Part shown: positions 27,890 to 41,500 of the stretch, piece by piece | How the letters are laid out: each line of letters starts with the position of its first letter | Numbering within the stretch: position 1 is the first letter of the stretch | NCBI GenBank assembly: GCA_008632985.1 | Contig: QPGO01000081.1 | Span: forward strand, 1-64,000 | Length of the DNA stretch: 64,000 nucleotides | Source: Psammoneis japonica | Lineage: Eukaryota | Direction: 5' to 3' | Position numbers and translations under genes: made by a program | The notes under the pieces: model-generated | What the model was told of the DNA's origin: nothing | What the model saw: only the letters and a program-made list of their open reading frames with translations | The model's database searches: none

Positions 27890-27890
27890 G
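27372..27890. repeat. 42-bp minisatellite (~12 units, degenerate units back to ~27200)
   Basis: Unit catccaatcaggaggcccagtctcgaggtgcgagacttgagg with internal stem AGTCTCG/CGAGACT. Confidence 0.95.
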
Positions 27891-30800
27891 AATCCGACAA
27901 GCAGTGGCACACTTGGCACACCTCACTTGTGGCACAAGCTCGTGCCCAAGACGTTGAGTGCATTCTAGACTCGTCGTACAAACCGACCAGCCCGGAAGAC
28001 AAACTGCTCTTTGCTGAACAGCAAAAGCACATGTTCGCCGTCTTCGAACGCATCCTTCTCACCGACAAGGGCAAAGCTCTCATTCGCGAAAATGTGGGGT
28101 CTTCTGACGCCCAGACCGTCTGCTGCACCTTGTCTGAGCACGTGCTTGCCTCCACCCATGCATCTGTCGAGTCCTCCACCTTGCTCACACACCTCACCAC
28201 CGCACGCCTTGGCGATGGCACTTGGAAAGGTCCAACCCATGGGTTCATCCTTCATTGGCAGGATCAGTTGCGCAAGTGCGAAGCACTCATCCCGGCCAGT
28301 GTCCACTTCTCTGAAGGACAGAAGCGCATCATGCTCGAGAATGCCGCACATCCTGTCGAGGAACTCCGCGCCGTCAAGAACCAAGCTGATCAACATCGCA
28401 CGCAGAGTGGCAAGAGCCTCACATGCGATCAATGTTGTGGCTTGCTCCTCTCCGCGGCGGCTCAATGCAACAGCACGTTTCAACCCAAGACGACACCTCG
28501 AGCTCCCCGCCGCACCACACACACACACGACGTCTGCTCCAAGGAACCATTTGATGATGTGTTCCATGACATCAATGGCAACATTGACGTCCTCCAGGCC
28601 AACGCTGCCTGCACCCGCGGTCCCAGCCTCACCGGCAACCAATGGAAACGTCTCCCTCCCGACCACCAACGGATTTGGGATTCATTGCCCCATTCCTCCA
28701 AGGCGATCATCCTTGAGCATTCTCGATTGCCTCCTTGCAACCCACGAACCGGCAACTGGCATGAGTCCGTTGCGGTCAACCTTCATGACCAACAACTTGG
28801 GAGTGACGGTGATGTCAACTTGTCCGCCACGACCCCCACTGACTCCAACGATCCCGCTCCGACTGGGGATGCCACTTCAGACAATCCCATTCTGGCGCAT
28901 CTCACCAAGCACAGGCCACTGCCACCCAGTGATCTGCAGCGTCTGTTGCCCCCCAACCAAGCCCCCAAAGCTGGTCGACCGGGCCCATCCGCCACTCCCT
29001 CTGCCTTGCCTGCTCCTCCAGATGACACAGAACTCAATGGCCGCACTTGCCGCTGTGTCAATGACCACAATGTCATGTGTTCTGCCTCCGCTCATCGCTC
29101 CACACGCACTGGTGCTCTAGTCGATCGTGGAGCCAACGGCGGCATTGCTGGCGACGACGTTCGCGTCATTGCACGCACCTCTTGCCAAGTCGACGTTCAG
29201 GGCATTGACGACCATCAATTGGTGGACATCCCCATTGTCACCGCTGGTGCCGTCATTGAGACACAGCATGGCCCCATCATCGCCATCCTCCATCAGCACG
29301 CATGCACGGGAAAGGGCAAGACCATTCACTCCTGCAGCCAGCTCGAATGGTGCAAACATGATGTCAACAATCGCTCTGTCAAAGTGCCCAACGGCTTGCA
29401 GTGCATCGCCACCCCTGATGGCCATGTCGTCCCAATTGACATCAAGGGTGGTCTGCCTTGTGTTGCCATGCGGCCCTGCACTGACGCTGAATGGGACACC
29501 CTGCCACATGTCATCCTTGCTGGTGATGACACATGGGACCCTTCTGTCCTCGATCACTCTGTCACTGACGACGACCAGTGGTGTGACGCAATCTCTGACC
29601 CACAGGACGATTCCACTGCCAACCTGTTTGACGAATGCGGCAACTGCCGTCACCGTGTCGTTGTCAACAAGGCCATCATGTCCGCCTCCTTGTCTGCCGA
29701 TCACGCATCCGCCCTCGATGACCACCTCATTCCGAATGACAACGTGTTCTGCGAGTGTCATCTGCACGCGATTGACCCCAAGGATGACGACATTCCACCT
29801 CCGGAGCGCAATGTACAGCCCAAGGACCCCCCTGCGAGTCTCTTCGGCCCCACTTTGGTTTCCAACCCACCGACTTGGTTCATCGTGCTTTCGACTGCAC
29901 CACGCAATGCGCCCGCATGCCCGCCAGTGCACACCTTAAGAAGGCCTGCAAATCGCCCAACCCCGCCCTTAATGTGCACCGCCGCAACGAGCCTGTCGCT
30001 GCTGACACCGTGTGTGCCGACACCCCGGCCGTCGACTCTGGTTGCACCAGTGCCCAACTGTTTGTTGGCACCGAGTCTGCTGTCACTGACGTCTGCGGCA
30101 CCAAAACCGACAAAGAGTTTGTCGACACACTCGAGGATCAGATCCATGAGCGTGGTGCTCCATCCAAACTCATCAGCGACCGTGCTCAAGTTGAGATCAG
30201 CAACAAGGTGCTCGGGATTCTACGAGCCCTCTTCATCTCCAGCTGGCAGAGCGAGCCTCACCAGCAACACCAAAACTTTGCCAAACGCCGCCACCAGACC
30301 GTGAAGCACATGGCGAACACCGTCATGGACCGTTTCGGTTTGCCTGCCCACACATGGCTGCTGGCGCTCATGTGCATTTGCTTCACACTCAACCACACAG
30401 CGTCCCCACGTCTCCACTGGCACCCCTCGAGACTCTCACTGGCTTCACCCCGGACATCAGCCCATTGCTTCGCTTTCACTGGTGGGAACCCATGCACTTC
30501 CACCTCGATGACTCCGATTGGCCATCCGAATCCCGTGAGTTGCGTGGACACTTTGTTGGGATTGCTGAGCACATCGGCCACCAGATGACCTTTAAGATTC
30601 TTTCTGATGACACTCAGAAGATCCTCTGCCGGTCCAATGTACGTTCCGCTGCTGCCGATCCTTCCGCTTGAAACCTGCGTCTTGATCCTCCTGATGGGGA
30701 GCCACCTGATCCCATCATCGAATCTCGCCATGACGACAACCCCGTCGATTCACCTGATGGGGAGATCAGGACACCCAAGATGCCAGTTTTCGATCCGCAA

Positions 30801-32999
30801 GACATCGTCGTACGCACCTTCCTCATGCAGCCACAAGAGGACGGACAACGCCACAGAGCTCGCATCGTCAAGGCCGTCGAAGATCACGACTGGAAAGTGA
30901 ACGGCAACCCCGAGATCACTGAGTTTGTCTGCTCTGTCAACAACGACGAATGCGAGGAAGTCCTGGCCCACAATGACATCATGAATCACATTGAGCAAGA
31001 AGACGAAGACACCACTGTTTGGAAATTTTGACGCATTGTGTCACACGAAGGACCTCTGAAGCCTCATGACCCAACCTGGAAAGGCTCAAGCTACAACATC
31101 ATGCTTGAGTGGGAAAGTGGGGAGATCACGTCCGAGCCTCTTGCCATCATCGCCAAGGACGACCCTGTCACCTGCGCCATCTGTGCACGAGAGAACGGAC
31201 TTCTCGACACTGATGGCTTGAAGCGGTTCCGCGCCATTGCGAGGCGCCAGAAGAAGCCATTCCGCGTGGCCAACCAAGCCAAGCTTCACTCCTTCCGCAC
31301 TGCACCTTGCTGCAAGTGCGGAAACGAAGTTCCCTGGAACCACAAACATGCCATGTCCCTGGACAAACGCAATGGCAACCGCAAATGGGGAGACGCAACC
31401 AATCTTGAGATGGACCAACTCAATGAATACGAAGTCTTTCATGACTGTGGGCCCTCCGAGTCTTCCACACCTCCTGCGGGACACAAGAAGATCCGAGTGC
31501 ACCCAGCGCACGACGTGAAACACGACGGCCGCCACAAGGCATGACTTGCAGCCGATGGACACCTCACGGACGTACCTGTCGACAGTGTCCACTCCGGAGC
31601 AGTCTCCCTTCGTGGCCTTCGGCTGATGATTTTCCTGGCCAAACTCAACGAGTTGGAGACATGGGCCACCGACATTGGCAATGCCCACCTTGAAGCCACC
31701 ACCAAGGAGAAGCTGCACATTGCAGCTGGACCCGAATTTGGCAAACTCGAAGGCCACATTCTCGTCATCCACAAGGCCCTGTGTGGACTGCGCAGCTCCG
31801 GCCTCCGCTGGCACGAGCGCTTCGCCGACTGCCTGCGAGCTGAAGGTTTCTTCCCCTGCTGCGCCGAACCTGACATTTGGATGCGCAGGAATGGTGACTG
31901 CTGCGAATGTGTTGCCGTTCATGTGGATGACCTCGCCATTGCCATGAAGGACCCTCAATCTTTCGTCGATGCCCTCACGGAAAAGCACAAGTTCAAGCTC
32001 AAGGGTGCGGGACCGATTGAGTTCCATCTGGGCTGCGACTTTTCCCGGGATCCTGACGGCACCTTGTGCCTGTCTCCGCGCAAGTGCATCGAACGCATGG
32101 TCGACAGCTGCACACGACTGTTTGGGGAGAAACCTGCCACCAACGCCCTGTCCCCTCTGGAGAAGGGTGACCACCCCGAACTGGACACTTCCGAACTGCC
32201 GGGGCCCGATGGCATTCAACAGTTCCAGTCTCTTGTTGGTTCCCTCCAATGGGCAGTGTCCCTTGGTCGAATTGACATTGCCACGGCCGTCATGTCACTC
32301 TCTAGCTTCTGAGCTGCACCCTGTCAAGGCCACTTGGATCATGCCAAACGTGTCTGTGGGCACCTCTCCAAGATGCGACACGGCTCTCTCCGCGTTCGCA
32401 CGGAAGAGCCCGATTGCTCGGATCTCCCTGCACCGGCCTGTGAATGGATGCATTCCGTGTGCGGCGAAGCAGAGGAGATGATCCCAAAGGACGCTCCACC
32501 GCCCCTTGGCAAGTTTGTCACTGCCACCCACTGCGTTGATGCAAACTTGTGTCATTGCATGCTCACCGGACGCTCTGTCATGGGAATGCTCCACTTCCTC
32601 AACAAATTCCCGGCTGATTGGTTCTCTGAGAAGCAAGCCACCGTGGAGACTGCGACCTGCGGGTCTGAATTTGTTGCCGCAAGGACTTGTGTCGAGCAGA
32701 TCATCGACCTGCGCATCACCCTGCACCACCTCGGCGTCCCGATCCGTGACATCAGTTGCATGTTCGGTGACAACAAGTCGGTTGTAGACAGTGCCACCAT
32801 CCCGCACTCCAAGTTACACAAGCGACACACCGCACTGTCGTTCCACCGTGTGCGTGAGGCAATTGCCTCTGGTCACCTTGAGCTCCACTTCATCGAAGGC
32901 TCCCGCAACCCTGCTGACATTCTCAGCAAGCATTGGGGTTGCTCCCAAGTCTGGGACCTTCTCCGCCCCCTCATGTTCTGGAACTTCATTCCATCCGAA

Positions 33000-33139
33000 N
33001 NNNNNNNNNNNNNNNNNNNNNNNNNNNNNNNNNNNNNNNNNNNNNNNNNNNNNNNNNNNNNNNNNNNNNNNNNNNNNNNNNNNNNNNNNNNNNNNNNNNN
33101 NNNNNNNNNNNNNNNNNNNNNNNNNNNNNNNNNNNNNNN
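33000..33139. other. Assembly gap
   Basis: Run of 140 N. Confidence 1.
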
Positions 33140-35949
33140 GATGTAGTTTGCTTTCGAGCCACAAGGCTCACAAGAATGACAACAGCAGCCCGATTGTGCT
33201 GACTTACACGTCTTTTGGCTCCTGCAATTGTTCTTGTGAGCCTTGTGGCTCGAAAGCAAACTACATCGTGCGTGCACACGCGGAACTAAAGCACACAAAA
33301 CTGTGCGCGGTAAACTGAACAGCGCGCGACATGTTTGTCGGGGTCATCGAATCTCTGAGCGGAGACTCATCTGCTGTTTAGACAGCAGCAAGGAGTTGTT
33401 GTTTGAATTCTTGCCATTTGCCTTCAATTTCTGTCACAGGTCAAGGATGTTGAAGAAGGTCAATTCGCATTGCTGGAAACATGCGCACAAGTTTAGAATT
33501 GAACTCCCGAAATCTGTCAAGGCAAAGCCATGGAGATGGACAACAGAACGGGGACTGACTTCTGGTTCAAGGCTGTCGAGAAGGAAATGCACAACATCAT
33601 GCCTGCGTTCGAATTCCGCGATGATGTTGCTGTGCCGGTCGGGTGCAAACACATTGATTGTCATGTGATTTTTGACATTGAGAGCACCCTCCAACGTGAA
33701 CCGAGGTTTGTGGCCGGAGGCCATCACACCAATCCACCCAAGGAGTTGACTCATTCCAGTGTGGTGTTGCATGACAGTGTCAGGACAGCGTTCACGACAG
33801 TGGCTCTCAACGACCTGGAGGTCCTGAGTGCTGATGTTCAGAATGCCTGCCTGAATGCACACACTGAAGAAAAGTGCCATGCTGCTGCTGGACTGGAATT
33901 TGGGAAGCATGACGAGGGAAGGCAGGCAGTCATTGTCCGAGCCTTGTGTGGTCTCAAATCTTCAGGTGCAAGATTTAGGGAGCATGTGGCAGCCACTTTG
34001 TGTGACGCTGGTTTCAAGTCTTGCAAGGCCAACCCGGAAGTTTGGATGCAAGCTGCAGTTAAGCCAGATGGCTTCAAGTGCTGGGAGCATGTGCCAGTTT
34101 ACGTGGACGACTTGTTGTGTGTCTCCCATGAACCTCAGAAAAGGTCATGGATTGCATGAGCTCTGGGTGCACGCTCAAGGACAGAAGTGTCTGGGAGCTG
34201 GAAGAGTGCTCAGGCACCCAGATCAGAAAGTGCCAGTTGTCTGACTTGGACAGTGAGACACACTGGGCCATGTCCTCTGACATTCATGTCAAAAGGGCAT
34301 TGGCTGATGTTGAGTTGGAGCTTGAGAAAACTGACAGGTGCCTTCCGACAAAGGCATTGATGCCCTTGAGCTTGGGACACAGGCCTGAACTGGATGGTTC
34401 ACCTGAGTTGAATGCCAAAATGGCCAACTGCTGTCAAGGCCTTGTTGGTGTGCTCCGATGGGCAGTTGAACCAGGGCAAGTGGACATTTTTGTTGCTGTC
34501 TTGCTCATGCCCTCCTTCTTGGTGGAACCACGAGTTGGACACCTGGACGAGGTGCTCCACATCTTTGCACACTTGAAGGCTCACTCCAAGTCTGCACCAG
34601 TGTTCAATGACACTGAGCCCACCTGCGATGCCGCCAAACATGCTGGAAGCACGCGGGAACAGAGTGACCACCACTTGTTTTGTCAACGCCGATCACGCTG
34701 GATGCAGTGTGACGAGCAGGTCCCACACTGGGATCCTGACATTCATCCAACGAGTGCCCATCTTGCATTGCTCTAAGCGGCAGAATGCCACAGAGTCCTC
34801 TGCTTTTGGGTTGGAGTTTGTGGTGATGAAGACTGCAGTGGAGCAAATTGAAGCCTTGCATTGCAAGTTTTGGATGCTCGGAATCCCCATGGATGGGGCC
34901 ACTGATGTCTTTTGTGACAATGAAGCTGTCTTCAAGAACTCAAGAACTAAACCTGTGTCTTCTTTGAAGAAGAATCACAATGCAATTGCCTGTCACAGGA
35001 CTCGTGAGGCACAAGCTGCTGGAACAGTGTGCATTGCTTGGGAAGACGGGTGCACGAATCTGGCGGATGTGCCAACTGAGTTGTTGCCTGGACCAAGCTC
35101 CAGGAAATTGTGAGTCACATCTTGTGGTGAGTCCCAAAAGGGGACAAACCCAAGGGGTTTGCCGTGTGGGTGTGGCTTTTCCCACCCCCAAAATCAAAAT
35201 GCCACCCTGGAATGGGACAGCATCAGGCTGCATTTGTCTGTTGATCTGGCCCAAGCGGAGCCAGTGTCAGTTCTTTGAGGGGACTGAATGAATGCTGACA
35301 TGCTGTCACGAATGCAGGCAGTCCATGTGCCATTGGCGATTGGTCCACTGTTGCTTGTCAAGTGGCAACTGCAGCACAACATCTCACAATTCTAGAACCT
35401 GTTGATGCTGTTCAACACTCTGTCTTGTCTCGCACTTTCTCTTGTGACTCTGTCAAGATTCATTTGCTTTGTCAGAGCCGTTGACGAAACGCTGAACAAA
35501 ACGGTTGCAAATGCAACTCATCATTGACGGTTGATTGTTGTGATTGTGTGCATGGAACGTGCAGCTACAGAAAATGCACTGAATCATGTGCACAGCGCCA
35601 AACTTGGGTTGTTGCACACAAACAACTGTTCTGCATTGCATGTTTCAACCAATGGAACAGCTTGCAATGGAAAATGCTTGCACAATGGTCACCATCCTTG
35701 TGTTGCATGACGGGTGTGAGGGGACTGCAGCATTGGGTGGCATGCCCGAGCATGTGCTCATGCGACAAAGCGGCACGGGACTGATCGCCCCGATTGGCCA
35801 CTGGTGAACCCGTTGTCACAGCACCAGCTGGTGTGCCTCCGAGACCATGCACACTCACACTGCATTGCAACCCATTGCACGGGATTTTTGCCTCATTTTT
35901 TCCTTTGATGCAGGATGGCCGCAGCGGCTGATGTGGATTCAGTGCTGCA

Positions 35950-37365
35950 GGTTTGTGGTGTTGTTGACCAGAGTGCCAGGGCAAGGTTTGTCTTTTAAGA
36001 AGGATTTGCCACCCTTGAGAACTTTGCAGTGATGGAGAATGATCATGACACTGAAGATTTGGTGCAGAGGGCTGCTCGCCACACTGCAGCAGATGGTCGC
36101 ATGATTTTGGGAACAATTCAGATTAAGAATTTACAGGCATTGGTGTGGTGGCTGCAACACTTGCAAAAAAAAAACAACCATTGGCGGTGGCGGATTTCAA
36201 CAATGCAGCTGTGACCATGGCGAGGGACGGCAGGTGCATTGAAAAGGAATTTTTTGGAATCTGCAGCAGTGGTCAGCGATCTTCCCAAGTTCAAGACAGA
36301 GGACTTTGATGTGTGTGAAGATGCCTTCTTGAATCTGTTGGCGCAGAAACTTGGCATGTCAAAAGAGCTGTTGAGACATGTTGTGAGGGAGATGCCTGCT
36401 CCAGCTGCATTTGTGGATGCCAAGAGGAGTGCATGTGTCAGCTGCCGCTTGCTGGCAATGCCTTTGATGTGGACAATTGCCATGTTTGTCGCATGTTGAA
36501 AGAATGTTTGATTGATGCAGCCGGATGGGCGTGGATTGAACCACACAACGCAACGGAGAATGGGCGCACAGCATTCATGGAATGGGTCAATCATTGCAAT
36601 GGAGAAGGACAATTGAGCAAGCACATTCACTTGGCTGAGGCCAACATTGAAATGTCACTCTGTGAGAAAGAGGCGGCACTCACGTTTGAAAGGTTTGCAG
36701 AGAAACTCACCAGTGCTTTTGCCACTCTAGACAAGGATCCCGACAAATGCAACTCTGCTCAGCAGAAGGTTGAGGTCTGCTCAAGGGCATCAAGACAGAT
36801 GACCCTCGTCTCATGGCGGCTGCGGCCGTTTTGCGAGGGCGTGTGCATGTTTCTCATCCGAAGTCTCTCGTTCACATGCAGGTGCTCAGTTAGAAGCTTG
36901 ACATCACACAAAGCGCAGGATTTCTGAAATCAGTTGTGGCGGTGGCCGTGGCCATGGATTCTGGCATGATTGCGGTTGTGGACGTGGATGCGGCCGAGGT
37001 GGAGGCCATGGTGGACGCCATGGCAGGGGTGGTGACCACACAACCATGATTGACGGGGTCGACGTGTCAGATCCCACAAGGAACTTTGCACTTCAGGAAT
37101 GGGAGAGGTTGCACTTCAATGGGGGCATCAACCATGTCTTCCAAGCTCGTGAAAGGATGCAGGGGCATGGTGGCCATGGAGGTCCCACCGGAAGAGGTGG
37201 ACGCAATGGAGGTGGACGCGATGGAGCCGGCAGGCATGCAGCCAAGGCTCAGGTTCAAGATCGCCAGGTCCAGGACCAGCAGCAAGATCAAGCACAAAGA
37301 CAAGAAGGCGGTCGTGGTCACGGAGCCGATCGTGATCATGGTGGAAGGAATGGGCGTGGAAGAGG
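35950..37365 (+). pseudogene. Degenerate copia gag of another element, truncated
   Basis: LGTIQIKNLQALVWW, LRHVVRE, AGWAWI..NGRTAF..HCNGEG, followed by a G/R-rich tail. Confidence 0.8.
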
Positions 37366-37636
37366 GCGAAAACCGAACAAAAAAAATCTTCAGAAGCGAG
37401 CATTTCGGACCAAGAGCGAGAATCCTTTTGCGGAGTATTCGTTCGACCCGTGAGTAGAATTTCTCGGTTTTTTGATCTGCACGAACTTTTTTTGAACGCG
37501 TTGATGTGCTCACTCTCTTTCGCTTCATCTAATACATTCAGGAAGGTACCCTATATTTCAGGCTGCCACAAAAAGCCAAGGGGAGCATATTCAACAAGAG
37601 GCACCCTCCGTTATCCCTCCCGGCACGTTTGAATCA

Positions 37637-38416
37637 TTGCGGGCCGCTCACCAAACTCCGCAGTACCGACACTCGAGCGCCCCCTATGGGGCATCGGGAA
37701 GGGTGTTTAATCGCGCATTCAACACCGGACACCGCAAGAGAAAGGGAACAGGCCCGCGAATTCCAGAGACGGAGCTACTTCATATGAAAGCCTCGGAGCA
37801 AGAGAGACATGCACGAGAGCAACTTCAAAATAGCAGCCGGCGCCATGACTCTCAGCAGTCAGGCATCTTTTTAAAGATGAGGAACGCCAGGCCCAGTGTC
37901 TTTCCTCAAAACCATCCGTTCCACGACAATGTCTGCGTTGGTTCTAACATGATGGAAGAGTCGCTTGCTTCACCACCTCGATACAATGACAGCTTGGGAG
38001 GGTCTATGGTTGCTGATGAGTGGGGTCCGCCGGAGCCAAGCTATCGGAACGCACAAGGAAACTTTCAAGACGAAAGAGGTGCAATGCCCTGGTATGGATA
38101 TTCTCTTGGTGCAGAGCCACCCAAGTACGGAGGAAACATAGCTAACGAGCCCGTATACACTGGCGATTCCTCGACATGGGATACTTTCGAGACCCAAGGC
38201 GATACATTCGTCGGCCAAGAAAACCGACCAACCGGTTCGCAAGATGAATGGCATCAGTCTCAACCAGTGGTGTACAGAGTACCAGTAGAAACTTCCAGGA
38301 CCCCAAGAGGCGTAGTAGAGCCCACCCGAAGGTCCAGCTTTATTGAGCAGCAACCGAATTCACAACGTTCAACGAGAAATTTGGAGGAAGAGAAGCTGCT
38401 CGAAGCTTTTTTCTAG
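37637..38416 (+). CDS. Hypothetical protein (5' end uncertain), convergent with VPS15
   Basis: 259-aa frame with normal TpA/Tyr content; no recognised domain. Confidence 0.45.
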   Translation: MRAAHQTPQYRHSSAPYGASGRVFNRAFNTGHRKRKGTGPRIPETELLHMKASEQERHAREQLQNSSRRHDSQQSGIFLKMRNARPSVFPQNHPFHDNVCVGSNMMEESLASPPRYNDSLGGSMVADEWGPPEPSYRNAQGNFQDERGAMPWYGYSLGAEPPKYGGNIANEPVYTGDSSTWDTFETQGDTFVGQENRPTGSQDEWHQSQPVVYRVPVETSRTPRGVVEPTRRSSFIEQQPNSQRSTRNLEEEKLLEAFF

Positions 38417-38502
38417 GGAGAAAAGACAGCTCAGGCCGGGTGTTGGCTTCGGTCTTTACGTTTCTTTCTCTGTAACTATATAACAACAGCATTCTCCAAA
38501 AA

Positions 38503-41500
38503 CTATCGCCACAACTTGATTGCCCCATCATATGAGCAACTGAGTAGGGTTCTCATGGGATACGAGATCATTTTCAAATCTGTAATAGAGTCATGATGTT
38601 TCGTTTCAGGTTTGGAAAGACCCCGCTGAAGCTTTCGCGGAATTTTTGAACTCTCAATTTCGCCCACACCCAAAGGCTCATTTTCCCTACAAGAAATGAG
38701 TCGGCCGTAGTCAAAGTCGACACGAGCAAAGGTAGGCCTCTGTTGCCCCCCACTAATCGTATAACATTTCGTCGGAGACAAGAAATCAAAGTAACGAATA
38801 TGGCAGTCGCTGCCTCCTGTTATGAGGTAGTCCCTCTTTTCGTGGCCACCAACGCTACCAACCATTCCCGTCATGCGACCTTTCGAGGCCGTGGATGCAA
38901 AATTAAAGCCATCAGGTAGACGGATATGCTTTCTCATCGATCGACTGTGGTAATTCGTTGTGATTGGCACCTCGCGAAGAGACGGCAATGTTGTTGCTGG
39001 TGGATCCATGTATCCAGTACCAGGCTCAATGACGCGGAAGCATTGGCAACAGCTACTGCTTGCAATATCAAACATGGAGCACTCGTTGGGGCCGCATGCT
39101 GCAAACATGTACGGGCGTGCGTCGTTACTCGAGACATTGTGCCCATGAGGTAGTGCTGAATAGGATGTCGCAAGACGGTTCACAGGAGAAGCGCTGCTAT
39201 GCTGCCACAGCTTTACCATTTGCTGAAACCGTATATCCCACAAGGCAAGGAACCCACGACTTGTACCAGTCACCATCCAATGACGATCGTTACCAAGTGA
39301 CATGCTCGTCAGATACCCAATGTCAGGTCGGTGTTTAAAGACAAAAGGCTCTCTTGCGCTTCTCAAGTCCCATGAATGAACCAAACCTTTTTGAGTGGCA
39401 AAGGATAGGATGGACGCCGAAGGGGTATTGAAATGAGAAACAGCAAGCACTTCTCCTTCCACTGGATCGATTTTGCGAATTAGACTACTTCCTGAAACCC
39501 TTGACATTTCGTACGTGTCACCGGTCCCTGTAGCAAACTTTTCCGCGATTTTCTTACTCGTTGTCACTGCGTCAACACGCCACACGTGCACAGACCCGTC
39601 ACTGGCACCAGAAACTACAGAATGACTATTCTCGACAATTGCAACATCATTGATTCGGGGATAGGCATGGCCTGCATCCTCAGTGTGACCAGAATAAGTC
39701 AGACTGCTCTCGAGAATCCCGACAGAGTCTTCTGCTTGTCGAAGCTCCCAAACACGACATGTACCATCGTGACTTGCTGATACAAAAAAGCCTTGATCTT
39801 TTGTAACCGCCAGTCGAGATACAGGAGCAGAATGGCCACTTTTCAAAGAGCTACTGGCTAAAAGGGCATCAGATTTTGGTCTCCATTCTCTAGATGACGT
39901 ATCCTTGGGAGAAGCGGACGATGGGCGCTGAGATGTCACGGCTTGTCGACTACGTTCGCGTAGCACACCAAGGTTTGGAGGGAGTGGCGGCACGCTAAGG
40001 CCTTTCAACTTGGATGTGAGTAACATGGTATCGACATCGGACGGGTCCAATCGCGCTTCTGCGCCCCATTCACCAGTCGACGCAGAATCGATAACTTTCG
40101 ATTCCGATGATGTCAGGATTTGCTTGGCATCGGCTTCTGTCAGACGCTTGTCATCCGGAAACACGTCACCCTCTGAAGTCATGGCAGCGTCTAGCAAAGC
40201 TTTGTCCTCTTCTGCTGGAGTTGACAGAGGCATGAGGGAGAGACCATAGACCTTGCTCAGTGTAGCAACAGAGCGAATTCCGCATGTCTCTGAGCAATAC
40301 GACTCATTGCTCTGAGAAAAGTCTCTCAAATCACTATACCACATTGGCAGGTGAGCCGATCTCTGACCAGTGTATCTTTGGCTTGGAAACTTGACCTGTT
40401 GAGCCAGTTTCGGGTTACCTTCGATTGCATTTGCAAGTTTACTCTGGAGAAATTCCTTCCGAGAAAGCGGGTCAAATACAAGTTTTCGGCTTCTCGACAA
40501 CATCCGTAGGTAGCTCGTGACTTGGCTAGAGTTTGATCCCACAAGAGGCGGAGAGCGAGAATCAATGCCTGCGGTGTGCATGTGGCTTGGCCCGTTGCCT
40601 CCATCGTTACCATCCTGTACGTCAATACCAATTGATGTCCACTTGCCCGAAGTCGGCGAGAAGGATTGCAGCTTGTCCAAGTTGTCCAGCTCCTCTCTAA
40701 GCCTTTCTTTTGTCCAAGGAGGGGATAGGCAAGCTCTTAGTCCTTCTGAAGTGGTCAAATGGCGTTCCGTCGGTTCAAACCTTAGATATGGTCGAAGAAG
40801 AGGCACCAGAAACACATCTCGATCTGGAAATCCCATGGCCACAGAAGCTGCATTGACCAACTTGATGGCCCCGTTGCGAACATAAGCTGACGGGTACAAC
40901 AAGAGTGGTGAGTACCTTTCAAACAAACCAATGTTCTTCCCGTTGCTTCTCGAACGACCCGTGGCATCAGCTTCTGAAGAGTACGCCGGCGTCCCGACAA
41001 GAGCGGAACGTGAAAGCAATCCCAATTCAACCAACGCAGCCAAGCATAGTAATGCCTGACTCATGACTAGGTCCTCACCGTCCACGAGTGCAGTCTCCAA
41101 ACAGGGCAATACAAAATGCTCCGTGGCAGCCCTACCGACAATGAAACAGAGCGAGGGTAAATGTTCAAAGAGCGACGCCCGCAATTGCCAATCTCGTCGG
41201 TCATTGAGAAAAGCAAGAATCTGAGGCAAAATAAATGCAATGACTCCGTCACGACCAAAAAAGTTGCACAACCGCGGCAAATCATGGAGCAAGCCCAACT
41301 TGGGTGGAGACGATTGCTCCGACTGATCGGTGGCAATATGCATGACCCACCGCGACACCATTTCATGCAGACCGGCAAGTTCAACATTGTACGTGTTGCT
41401 AATGAGCGTCTTGTCACCGGTCGATGATGTAATCTTTTGGTTTTCCAAAGGAGTTGACGACCCTGACGATGCCTTTGCATGGTCCAAGCCCGTCGAACCG

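Larger units (their letters stand above)
25065..33436 (+). mobile_element. Degenerate Ty1/copia (family A, copy A2) with duplicated LTR-leader (LTRs 25065-25340, 26237-26512; 3' LTR ends 33436)
   Basis: TSD CAGGT (25060-64 / 33437-41); PR ALVDRGANGG, IN SDRAQVEIS/SEPHQQHQN, RT HVDD, RNase H FGDNKSVV. Confidence 0.95.
10938..35465 (+). mobile_element. Host Ty1/copia element (family B) split by nested insertions; LTRs ~10938-11125 and ~35285-35465
   Basis: LTR pair share tgtcacgaatgcaggcagtccatgtg..ctcacaattctagaacctgttgatgctg. Gag ATG at 11631 continues at 21406. Protease LDSHADTC ~22377; integrase region to 25064 resumes at 33442; RT YVDD ~34100; RNase H FCDNEAV; PPT gaggggac before 35285. 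Confidence 0.85.

Noticed and set aside
27372..27890. CRISPR-like hairpin repeat array
   Set aside because: Units are contiguous with no unique spacers, there are no cas genes, and the context is eukaryotic; it is a minisatellite.
27230..30304. 1024-aa ORF as a functional gene
   Set aside because: Chimeric read-through of the minisatellite, edited gag-PR and a frameshifted tail, enabled by stop-codon loss.
33140..33340. Fold-back inversion within the A2 3' LTR
   Set aside because: Directly adjoins an N gap; could be an assembly or chimeric-read artefact.
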